DNA of 14,982 nt from Candidatus Wukongarchaeum yapensis (GCA_016840425.1 JAEOSI010000030.1:1-14982); one strand, 5' to 3'. Positions 7,682 through 14,982 are shown, counted from the first letter of the stretch. Numbers and translations are program-made. Notes: generated by a model not told the origin, from the letters alone.

Positions 7682-7744
7682 GTATAAAAGGCTGTAAAAA
7701 GCCCAGAAACAAAAAAATTAAAACTGTTATAAGGAGAATGTAAA

Positions 7745-7918
7745 ATGGTTATGTATATTGTGCAAAAAGCTTACCGTGACCTTGCTAAGAAATCAGCCCA
7801 TCTCGTAGGTAGTGACTCTATTAAAGCCCTTGATAAAGCCGTAGAAAAACTAATTCTTGATGCTATGAAGCGTACAAAAGCAAACGGTAGGAAAACAATT
7901 AAAGCCCAAGACATTTAA
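7745..7918 (+). CDS. Short (57 aa) alpha3-truncated histone-fold protein, copy B
   Basis: MVMYIVQKAYRDLAKKSAHLVGSDSIKALDKAVEKLILDAMKRTKANGRKTIKAQDI*. 50/57 identical to copy A, with 11 synonymous codon differences. AAGGAG RBS; T8 at 7937-7944. Confidence 0.88.
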   Translation: MVMYIVQKAYRDLAKKSAHLVGSDSIKALDKAVEKLILDAMKRTKANGRKTIKAQDI

Positions 7919-7936
7919 AACCTAATTTAAAAGTGG

Positions 7937-7944
7937 TTTTTTTT
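7937..7944 (+). terminator. Oligo-T terminator candidate downstream of histone B
   Basis: T8 run 18 nt after the stop, conserved in both arms. Confidence 0.5.
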
Positions 7945-8009
7945 CAATAACTTTTTTGTGTATGTATGGTGTAAATTCGCTTTTGTGGCGTTTTTAACAC
8001 TTTTTCTTT

Positions 8010-8123
8010 TTGCTCCCCCCTAACAAAAGAACCGAACAGTCCTAATGTCTTTATTTTATATTTTGCCTTTATTTCTTCTTTTACCTTTTCAAGTTTTTTT
8101 AAGATTTCATCCCTTGAAACCAT
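8010..8123 (-). pseudogene. Truncated minimal nucleotidyltransferase (MNT antitoxin)
   Basis: MVSRDEILKKLEKVKEEIKAKYKIKTLGLFGSFVRGEQ. The expected SDIDI catalytic aspartates are replaced by duplication-arm sequence (KEKVLKTPQ...). No HEPN partner is seen downstream. Confidence 0.85.
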
Positions 8124-8232
8124 GATATAGAAGTGATTTAATTCTTGTGTGGAAGGATACAAGAAAACATGAGAATTTTAAGAAGATAATCTCAGAATAT
8201 CGATTTAGAATATCTTCCAGTTGTTTTTCCAT
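8107..8232 (-). pseudogene. Small ORF with a strong RBS; possibly the N-terminus of a second MNT gene
   Basis: AAGGTGATAAGAT-ATG, then MEKQLEDILNRYSEIIFLKFSCFLVSFHTRIKSLLYHGFKG*. The first 17 aa resemble the lead-in of MNTs (LxxYPEIIFAYLFGS), but FGS is absent. Confidence 0.3.
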
Positions 8233-8420
8233 ATCTTATCACCTTTTTTTTTACTCAAGAGGTTACTGTATCAAAAAAACTTAATTATTTAAGAGGTGTT
8301 AATCCTCTTCTGGAACCTCTTTTATTTGTTGGATCAGTAGGTGTGCTATTTTACCTGGTTGGGTCAAAAGTTTTATATGTCTACTATAATCCCCCTTCTG
8401 GTTAAAGGAGATGTATTCCT

Positions 8421-9842
8421 ATGGATGTTGCTAAAATTCTTGCACGGATCGATGATCAGTTTGAGACCCATTTAATTAAGATTCAGGACTATTTACAAAT
8501 TAAATCGATTAGTGCGACTGGGGAAGGGATTGAGGAAACTGCAAAGGCAACGGCTAACGTCCTTAATGAGTTGGGTGCTACTGATGTTCATTTGGCGGAG
8601 ACTTCGGGTTATCCTGTTGTTTATGGTGAAATGATCACGGATCCGAGTAAAAAGACGCTCTTGTTTTATTCAATGTATGATGTGCAGCCAGTGGAGGCGG
8701 AGAAATGGGTTGTTGATCCTTTCGCAGGGGCTGTTGTTGAGGAGTTTGAAGATCTAGGTCGGTGCCTTGTTAGTCGGGGTGTTATAAACACGAAGGGTCC
8801 TATAATGGGTTTTTTTAATGCTTTGAAATCGATAATAGAAGTGGAAGGAGATCTTCCTTGTAATCTGATCTTTGCTATTGAAGGGGAGGAAGAGCTAGGA
8901 TCTCCTCATTTTCCGGAGTTTGTTGAAGAGTATGCTAAGAAATTGAAACGAGCTGATGGGGCTTATTTGCCTTTTTTTGCGGAAAATAAGGTGGGGAAAG
9001 TGAAGATGTGGCTGGGAGCTAAGGGTATCATCTATCTGAAGTTGCGTGTGCGTGGTGGAGATTGGGGGGGACCAAGAACACGCCATATCCATTCCTCCTA
9101 CCACTCTTGGGTGGATTCGCCCGTGTGGAAGCTAGTCCATTGTCTCGCGGACATGAAAGCCCCCGACGGGACTATAAAGATCCCTGACTTCTATAGGGAT
9201 TTGATACCCCCGTCTGCAGAGGATGAAGAGCTGCTAACCAAGTTAACGGAAACCATGGATTTTGAAGAGATAAAGAACTCTCTAGACATTAGCAGATTTC
9301 GCGGGGAACTACCGGAAGGAAAAGACCTCCTCCAACAACATCTCTTCTCAACCACGTTAAACATTGATGGATTGGACGCCGGATATACTGGACCAGGTAC
9401 CAAAACGATTCTTCCGTGTGAGGCGAGAGCTTATTTGGATATCCGCCTTATTCCGAATCAGGAACCAGAGAGGCAAATTGGTCTATTGAAAGAATTTCTC
9501 AAGAAAAACCATCCTCTGGTCGAAATAGAGTCATATGATGCGTATCCTTGGGCGAAGGTAAGCGTTCGGGAACCCTTGTGCCAAGCCCTGCTCCGGACAT
9601 ATCAAGCGTTTGGAAAAAAGGTAGAGATCTGGCCCCATCACTCGGGATCGGCGCCCTTTTACTTATTCAGCCGCAATTTGGGCATGCCTTTTATCTGGGG
9701 CGGGCTAGGTCATGGGAATCGAATGCACTCTCCAAACGAATATGCAGTTGTGGCTGGAGACAACAAAGTAGGTGGAATAAGAGAGTTTGAGAAGTCTATT
9801 GTAACATTTTTGTATGAATTCAGTCAAGAGAAGATGCATTAG
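8421..9842 (+). CDS. M20/M25/M40-family metallo-hydrolase (ArgE/DapE/dipeptidase-like)
   Basis: Motifs GYPVVYGE, YSMYDVQP, DPFAG, RGVINTKGP, EGEEELGSP, KTILP, IRLIPNQ, HSPNEY. AAGGAG RBS. Confidence 0.9.
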   Translation: MDVAKILARIDDQFETHLIKIQDYLQIKSISATGEGIEETAKATANVLNELGATDVHLAETSGYPVVYGEMITDPSKKTLLFYSMYDVQPVEAEKWVVDPFAGAVVEEFEDLGRCLVSRGVINTKGPIMGFFNALKSIIEVEGDLPCNLIFAIEGEEELGSPHFPEFVEEYAKKLKRADGAYLPFFAENKVGKVKMWLGAKGIIYLKLRVRGGDWGGPRTRHIHSSYHSWVDSPVWKLVHCLADMKAPDGTIKIPDFYRDLIPPSAEDEELLTKLTETMDFEEIKNSLDISRFRGELPEGKDLLQQHLFSTTLNIDGLDAGYTGPGTKTILPCEARAYLDIRLIPNQEPERQIGLLKEFLKKNHPLVEIESYDAYPWAKVSVREPLCQALLRTYQAFGKKVEIWPHHSGSAPFYLFSRNLGMPFIWGGLGHGNRMHSPNEYAVVAGDNKVGGIREFEKSIVTFLYEFSQEKMH

Positions 9843-10296
9843 TAGTTATGTTGTGCTAAAACTTTACGAATCCTCTCTAAAAGGAAAACATTCGTATAAT
9901 AAATGCACCTAAGAGCACATAATCTCTTCTTTATAGTGGTCTCATTATTAATAAAAAAAGGGGAGAGTTTGGATAAGTGGTATGGGATACTATGAAAACT
10001 GAAATCCCAGCCTTACAGACTTTTATTCCATAAAATGCTTGAAGAGTTAAACGATGAATGAATATTTTCAAAAGAAAATTTTAAAATATAAAAATATAAA
10101 AATATGCCAGATCACTGGTGAGAATGAAAAAGACAGAAGGAACCACTCTTACCATGGAGCAGGATCAGGAGTTGTTTTAATCGCCATCGTTCCAGCCGAT
10201 GTAAAGCGAGGTTTGGTCTTTTTCGACATAAAAATGACTTTGAGGGCATAAAAGAGCTCCTACAAGTTTAAAGTCAAGTTTAAGTGGTTGATTTTG

Positions 10297-10830
10297 ATGG
10301 GTGAAAAAACCAAGAGTTTTATTTCAATACTCTCTATAAGGCTTATGAAGGATTTAGTTGACTTTTTTGATGCAAATCTAACTTTTGGTACTTTGATAAA
10401 AACGGGTAAAAAAATGGCTTCTATAGACCGTAGAATGGAAGGTGCAGATCTTCAAAAGTCCCTCGGTGTCGTTGAAGCTGAGCCTATTTCTGAAGGTAAT
10501 TTAAAACTGCTTCCTAAATGTCCCTTCACCAAGCCAACTAGGGATTATGAATCTGCTACGGGAAAAGCTATACCTGGTTCACTTAAAAAAGTGATGAGAA
10601 TAGCTAATAAAACAGGTCAGTTTGCTGCCGTTACTCCTTTTTGTATAATCCATCAAGCTTTCAGAGAGGCAGTAGGATCTCATTTTGATAAAGAAATTAA
10701 GCATTTGGGAGCCAAGAACGAAGCGGGCGAAATAGCTCTCGCTTCAAAGAATATAGAAGAACTGGGTCTTTCAGAAGAGGAGATTAAAGAAAAGCTCGGA
10801 TCATATGAGTGCATATACTGGATCTCTTAG
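10297..10830 (+). CDS. Hypothetical soluble protein with CPF...PFCIIH...ECIY motifs (possible V4R-like/ligand-binding domain)
   Basis: Protein-like 177-aa ORF; ATG at 10297 preferred to TTG at 10288. The fold assignment is only a guess from Cys spacing. Confidence 0.65.
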   Translation: MGEKTKSFISILSIRLMKDLVDFFDANLTFGTLIKTGKKMASIDRRMEGADLQKSLGVVEAEPISEGNLKLLPKCPFTKPTRDYESATGKAIPGSLKKVMRIANKTGQFAAVTPFCIIHQAFREAVGSHFDKEIKHLGAKNEAGEIALASKNIEELGLSEEEIKEKLGSYECIYWIS

Positions 10831-10919
10831 GGGGATTTTAATCCATCCCTCAAACGATCCTACTTTTTTGTTATGTAGTTCCGAGAGATTAGAAAAAGAT
10901 CTCTATTGAGGGGAAAAAG

Positions 10920-11609
10920 ATGGATAGTCCTCTGGGTGAGTCAAAGGATATTTTTTACTTTGATGTGTGTGGTCAGGTTAATACTGAACAGACGTTAAAA
11001 TTAGTTATTCAAAGAGTTGAAGAACTGAATATAAAGAAAATAATTGTCGCTTCTGAGACTGGTCTAAGTGCTCTTAGGGCGGTTGAGCTTCTCCAAGGCT
11101 TTGAAATAGGTCTAATAGTGGTTACCTCGGCTGCTGGTACAAAAATTGAAAATACGGTAATTGGTAGCTTGAGAATAGGTATTCCTGATAAAGAGATTTG
11201 GGAAAAACTTGAAGAAAGTGGTGTTAAGATCGTTCGGGCAACTGACCCATTGTATAACATTGGTGCTGCTTTGGAGCATAGAGGTGTTCCTACCCTGGCA
11301 ACATTTATCCGTATGTGTTTGAGAGTGATTAGCTCTGGAACCGCTGTTTGTGTTACGGCTGTTCTGATGGCTACTGATAACGGCGTTTTAACTGAAGGGG
11401 AGGAGGTCGTAGCTGTTGCAGGGTCATGGATTGGCTTGGACACCGCGCTCATTGTACGGGCGTCAAATTCAGTAAACCTGTTTAAGCCAGGAGCCATGCA
11501 AGTTAAGGAGATCATCTGTAAGCCTAGAAATCCCGCGTACAGTTGGCCAATTAACCAGAAAGACTGGGTGGGAAATTTAGAACTTTATGAAAGATTTACA
11601 GAAAAATAG
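10920..11609 (+). CDS. MTH1675-like / pyruvate-kinase C-terminal (alpha/beta) domain protein
   Basis: YFDVCGQVNTEQTL, IIVASETG, GTAVCVTAVLMATDNG, VAVAGSWIGLDTALIV, KEIICKP. GAGGGG RBS. Confidence 0.85.
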   Translation: MDSPLGESKDIFYFDVCGQVNTEQTLKLVIQRVEELNIKKIIVASETGLSALRAVELLQGFEIGLIVVTSAAGTKIENTVIGSLRIGIPDKEIWEKLEESGVKIVRATDPLYNIGAALEHRGVPTLATFIRMCLRVISSGTAVCVTAVLMATDNGVLTEGEEVVAVAGSWIGLDTALIVRASNSVNLFKPGAMQVKEIICKPRNPAYSWPINQKDWVGNLELYERFTEK

Positions 11610-11644
11610 GTGAGAAAAAAAGAAAAAGTAGTAGACGGTGATTG

Positions 11645-12094
11645 TTAGCCCATTTTGCTGTAATCCCAAGTTGCGATTTTTTCTTGTTTTATCTTAAATA
11701 CTAATCTATCTGGAACGTTGGATAATTGTTGGTATCCAGGGTGGTCTAAATAGTTTTGGCCGAAGTATTTTTTACCCCAGTTTTCGTAGAACCTTTTAAT
11801 TTGTGTTTCATCTTTTTCTTCTTCTGCTTTTCCTTCTATTACTATACCCCAAAGTTTTCGCATGTCAGATTCTTCTCCTTGGTCAAAGAGTAGTGATAGA
11901 TTATTGTTTGCGAGTATGTTTTTTGCTTTTTTTGTCCTTTTTGTGGTTGTTATGTATATGTCGCCGTCTAAAATGACGAACCAGAGGGGGACAACGTGTG
12001 ATTTTCCTTCAGGGCTTATTGTTACAACTCTTACTGTTAAGGTTTCTTCGAGGTGTTTTGTTATCTCTTCTTTAGTCATGCTATCGTCTTGCAT
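11645..12094 (-). CDS. Pyridoxamine 5'-phosphate oxidase-like split-barrel protein (PPOX class, flavin/F420-binding)
   Basis: RVVTISPEGKSHVVPLWFV, IYITT..TKKAKNILANNNLSLL, GIVIEGKAE, KIATWDYSK. The start may be 12079. Confidence 0.88.
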   Translation of the reverse strand: MQDDSMTKEEITKHLEETLTVRVVTISPEGKSHVVPLWFVILDGDIYITTTKRTKKAKNILANNNLSLLFDQGEESDMRKLWGIVIEGKAEEEKDETQIKRFYENWGKKYFGQNYLDHPGYQQLSNVPDRLVFKIKQEKIATWDYSKMG

Positions 12095-12178
12095 TCGTCA
12101 TTTCTCCCGTTTTTATCTGTTTGGCGTTTAGCAGGTATTTGAACCTTTTTAAAGGTATCAAAATGTTTTTATAGTTGT

Positions 12179-12197
12179 GATATCGTTTTTCGATATC
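12179..12197. promoter_or_regulatory. Perfect palindrome GATATCG-N5-CGATATC, putative PadR operator
   Basis: Lies between a TTTTTATA box (~12166-12173) and the GGTGA RBS (12198-12202) of the PadR gene. Confidence 0.65.
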
Positions 12198-12208
12198 GGT
12201 GATCGATA

Positions 12209-12502
12209 ATGCTTAGAAGTATCGATCTAGGATTCATTAAAATCCACATCCTTCACCACGCAAATGAAAAACCAATCTATGGTGTTTGGATAATGGAAGA
12301 ACTTGAAAGACACGGGTATAAGATAACTCCTGGAACCCTCTACCCAATGCTTCACAATATGGAAGAAGAAGGCTACTTGAAGAGTTATGAGAAGGTTGTA
12401 GAGGGCAAGGTGAGAAAATACTACGAAATAACTCCTGAGGGAAAGAAGGTGCTTGAAGAGATTAAGCCTAAAATCCGAGAATTAGTTGAGGAGGTGTTAT
12501 AA
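12209..12502 (+). CDS. PadR-family transcriptional regulator
   Basis: IHILHHA, IYGVWIMEELERHGY, PGTLYPMLHNMEEEGYL, RKYYEITPEG. Confidence 0.93.
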   Translation: MLRSIDLGFIKIHILHHANEKPIYGVWIMEELERHGYKITPGTLYPMLHNMEEEGYLKSYEKVVEGKVRKYYEITPEGKKVLEEIKPKIRELVEEVL

Positions 12503-12507
12503 AAACA

Positions 12508-13461
12508 ATGGATCCCATCTTCTATGTTTTGATGTTTCTTGGCGGAATAGCTGTCCTTGTTTATAGTGTGGAGGAATTTGTAGAGAATTTGATCAAAGCT
12601 GCAGCAGTCTTAGGAGTCTCAACGTTTATACTAGCTGTTATCTTCGCTGGGATGGATTTTGAGAATTGGGCTTTTGGCATCGCTTCAGTAGAGGAAGATT
12701 TGCCGGGGGTTGCCATAGGGTCTGCTATAGGTTCAGCTCTTTTCATTGTTGGTGGAGCCCTTGTAGTTGGAGGCTTCACGACGCCTTTTGAAGTCGAGGT
12801 TCCCAAGGATTACCTTTTTTTAATGGTCATTTCGCCACTAATCACCCTCGTCTTTCTCTTGGATGAAGAGCTTACTAGAACCGACGGAATAGCGATACTT
12901 TCAGTATTCACAATAATCATCCTTTATATCTACAGGAAAGAGTCTGTTGGAGAAAGAGCCTATATGCGGGACGAAGAGGTGGAAGAAGTTCGTGAAGAAC
13001 TAGAGGGAGATAACCTTAGATGGTTGTATCCGGTGCTAATGTTGCTATTTATAGGTGGAATGATAATAGGAGCTGACATAGCGGTTCGCGGAGCCGAAGG
13101 GATCGTCGACGAATATGGTCTAAACGAAACAATTTTCGGAATGACAATAGTCGGTTTGGTCATTTCTTTGGAAGAGATTTTGCTCGTAGTAGAACCCGTA
13201 AAAAAGAAGCAGGAAAATATAGCCGCAGGCAACATTGTAGGCAGTTTGATATTTTTCTCGACAGGCAACATCGGTCTCCTAGCTCTAGTAAAAAGTTTTT
13301 CAGTCGAAGAAAGCGTTATTTCCTTCTACTGGCCTTACCTCCTAGCATCAACGTTCCTGACAGCTATATTCCTGGCAAGGGGAAGTATAGGAAAAATAGA
13401 AGCCCTAATACTGCTTTCACTTTATTCATCCTACTGGATCCTAAGCTACACGATAGTATAG
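12508..13461 (+). CDS. CaCA superfamily (Na+/Ca2+ exchanger-like, YrbG-type) antiporter with divergent alpha repeats
   Basis: Two 5-TM halves separated by an acidic loop (RDEEVEEVREELE). AIGSAIGSAL, IFGMTIVGLVISLEE and AAGNIVGS. Starts 5 nt after the PadR stop. Confidence 0.82.
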   Translation: MDPIFYVLMFLGGIAVLVYSVEEFVENLIKAAAVLGVSTFILAVIFAGMDFENWAFGIASVEEDLPGVAIGSAIGSALFIVGGALVVGGFTTPFEVEVPKDYLFLMVISPLITLVFLLDEELTRTDGIAILSVFTIIILYIYRKESVGERAYMRDEEVEEVREELEGDNLRWLYPVLMLLFIGGMIIGADIAVRGAEGIVDEYGLNETIFGMTIVGLVISLEEILLVVEPVKKKQENIAAGNIVGSLIFFSTGNIGLLALVKSFSVEESVISFYWPYLLASTFLTAIFLARGSIGKIEALILLSLYSSYWILSYTIV

Positions 13462-13587
13462 AAAAATAGCATTCACCCCTGAAAAAAACACCGGCTTTAA
13501 AAGTCTCCGTATGCTACTAGAATTAGTACAGAAACACCGATAAACCTAGAAAAAGATCGATAAACTACTGTTAACCCATAATTTAGT

Positions 13588-13869
13588 TTATCTAATCAAC
13601 TCTTCAACTTCTTTTTTACCTTCTTCTAATTCTTTTTCTTGTTCTTTGTCTATTTCTAATAATAAGGTTTGGAATTCTCCGACATGGACCTTTTCTTCTC
13701 TCGCTACCTCCAGAAGAATTTTCCTAATATTCTCGTTTTCAGTCATATTTGCCATTTGTTCATAGAGGTTTATAGCATCTAATTCGGCTATTATAGACAC
13801 CCTTAGTATTTCTTTATCTAAATCTTCTTTCTTTATTTTCTCAAGCAGTATGGGTATTTTTGACAACAT
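13588..13869 (-). CDS. Ferritin-like protein of the encapsulin-cargo (EncFtn/Flp) type
   Basis: EILRVSIIAELDAINLYEQMA ... ILLEVAREEKVHVGEF resembles the Thermococcales Flp ferroxidase motifs. ATG at 13869 with GGAGG at 13881-13885. Confidence 0.85.
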   Translation of the reverse strand: MLSKIPILLEKIKKEDLDKEILRVSIIAELDAINLYEQMANMTENENIRKILLEVAREEKVHVGEFQTLLLEIDKEQEKELEEGKKEVEELIR

Positions 13870-14982
13870 ATTTTTCAAATCCTCCATTAGATTTCAAATT
13901 AGAACTGTGAACTACTCCCAGCTTTTGCAGGGAGCTTCCTGTTTCAACGACTGAACTTGCCGATATCTCTCTCGGTAGAGGTTCTGTCTCCGCAGGCGTG
14001 AATTCGGGCAGTCCCTGCCCTAACAGTTTTTCTAAACCTCTTTTGAGGACTACAAAGGCGGAGTTGTAGTCTCTATCAATTTCCAACCCGCAAAAAGGAC
14101 ATTTATGAGTTCTTACAGCCAAGCTTTTCTTTACTTCTTTACCGCATCTATAACATTCTTTTGTTGTTCCCCTCGGATCCACTTCTACAACCGTCTTACC
14201 GGCTCTTTCAGCCTTGTAAGACAGAAATTGTTTGAACAGGTTCCAAGAGGAGTCCATTATGTTTCGAGCGTTATAACTTATCCTTATCAAACTGTTCACG
14301 TTTAGTTTCTCTACAGCTACGAAATCATAGTTTTGGACATAAAACCTTGATAGTTTGTGGAGGAAGTCATCCCTTTGATTTTTGATCCTTTCATAGATTC
14401 TAGCAACTTTTACCTTCTGCTTCTCATAGTTTTTTGATCCTTTCCTTTTCCTGGATAGTTTCCGGTGTTTTCTCCTCAAACTTTTCAAGGATTTGTTCAG
14501 ATAAAGGGGAGGTTCTACCTGTCTACCCTCCGTGTCGGTAACGTAGTGGATTATGCCCATGTCGATTCCCACTACCTTTTCCACCTTTTTCTTATCGGGA
14601 ACGGTTTGTTCGCAACAAACAAAGGCATGCCATCTACCAGAACTATGCCTCTTTACGGTTACCTGTTTTATCTTCTTCTTTTCCTTCCCTTTCCCTTCCT
14701 TTACTTTTCTATGCATCCTAATCTTTATATCCCCGATCTTGGATAGGTGTAGGAGGTCGTATCTTTTACCAGTTTCTATTATTTTGAACCCGCTCTGGTT
14801 ATACGTGAAAGTTTTGAACCATCCCTTACCTTTAAACCTGAGTTTTCCCACTTTCTTACCGTTCTTTTTCAGCCCTGCCAAGCTTCTAAGGTTTGAAAAC
14901 AGTCTGCATGATTCATATTGTAAAACTTTAGAATAAACCTCTTTCAGTTCCGGATGTTTTTCTTTTAACTCTGGGAGGGAGT
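13841..14982 (-). CDS. tnpB: RNA-guided endonuclease TnpB (IS200/IS605), 5'-partial
   Basis: RuvC-I VVGIDMG, RuvC-II VAVEKL, Zn finger CYRCG...CPFCG, RuvC-III DRDYNSA. The frame stays open upstream of 14881 to the window edge (SLPELKEKHPELKEVYSKVLQ...). Confidence 0.95.
   Translation of the reverse strand, partial: SLPELKEKHPELKEVYSKVLQYESCRLFSNLRSLAGLKKNGKKVGKLRFKGKGWFKTFTYNQSGFKIIETGKRYDLLHLSKIGDIKIRMHRKVKEGKGKEKKKIKQVTVKRHSSGRWHAFVCCEQTVPDKKKVEKVVGIDMGIIHYVTDTEGRQVEPPLYLNKSLKSLRRKHRKLSRKRKGSKNYEKQKVKVARIYERIKNQRDDFLHKLSRFYVQNYDFVAVEKLNVNSLIRISYNARNIMDSSWNLFKQFLSYKAERAGKTVVEVDPRGTTKECYRCGKEVKKSLAVRTHKCPFCGLEIDRDYNSAFVVLKRGLEKLLGQGLPEFTPAETEPLPREISASSVVETGSSLQKLGVVHSSNLKSNGGFEKYVVKNTHTA
13887..14030 (-). 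ncRNA. Predicted omegaRNA (reRNA) scaffold plus flanking guide
   Basis: Hairpins GGGCAG-GGA-CTGCCC (14006-14020) and CTCCCTGC-AAAA-GCTGGGAG. By established TnpB biology the guide would be the flank AGTTCTAATTTGAAATCTAA. The 5' boundary is approximate. Confidence 0.6.
13907..14982 (-). mobile_element. IS200/IS605-family element (right end at ~13907; left end outside the window)
   Basis: The minus strand ends GAAGCTCCCTGCAAAAGCTGGGAGTAGTTCAC: a subterminal hairpin plus the TTCAC terminus typical of this family. tnpA presence cannot be judged. Confidence 0.85.

Larger units (their letters stand above)
7465..8015 (+). repeat. Right arm of the inverted duplication (partner 4343-4930)
   Basis: Aligns with the reverse complement of the left arm. 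Manual counts: 24 differences in 192 nt (7521-7712 vs 4682-4873) and 24 in the 174-nt histone CDS. Confidence 0.93.

Noticed and set aside
10054-10251. 65-aa ORF
   Set aside because: No motif, and an N-terminal half derived from A-rich repeats; not supportable.
2365-14936. Remaining short ORF-track entries (2365, 3567, 3913, 5420, 6837, 8895, 9191, 9548, 11009, 11862, 12561, 12960, 14105, 14465, 14553)
   Set aside because: Antisense or alternate-frame shadows of well-supported genes.
13841-14982. TnpB as a nuclease-dead, domesticated regulator (TldR-like)
   Set aside because: All three RuvC acidic residues and the IS right-end hairpin are present.
1-14982. CRISPR array, tRNA or rRNA
   Set aside because: No regularly spaced repeat-spacer pattern, cloverleaf or rRNA-like conserved segment was seen; the only tandem repeat is the coding 147-bp one.

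Overview
Archaeal-looking chromosomal window (GGTGA/GGAGG RBSs, BRE/TATA-like promoters, oligo-T terminators, an MTH1675-family gene, an F420/PPOX-class gene). Left part: a HisKA_7TM-like membrane sensor with no kinase domain and a duplicated C-terminal helical module, then a sulfurtransferase plus a CstB-like MBL-rhodanese operon. The centre (4343-8232) is an AT-rich accessory island. Two 57-aa short histone-fold genes that the ORF track missed (4444-4617 minus; 7745-7918 plus; 50/57 identical) sit in the arms of a ~550-590 bp inverted duplication. The arms bracket three same-strand toxin-antitoxin modules: intact AbrB-VapC, DUF2281-PemK/MazF with a frameshifted toxin, and HicB with a broken HicA. 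The right arm cuts a nucleotidyltransferase (MNT) antitoxin gene just after its GSFVRGEQ motif. Right part: an M20 hydrolase with substituted metal ligands, a Cys/His hypothetical, an MTH1675/PK_C-like protein, a PPOX-class protein, a PadR + CaCA antiporter operon with a palindromic operator, a stand-alone encapsulin-type ferritin-like protein, and an IS200/IS605 element with catalytically intact-looking TnpB that runs off the window. No rRNA, tRNA or CRISPR array seen. All family calls are from motif recognition by eye and all counts are manual; no searches were run.
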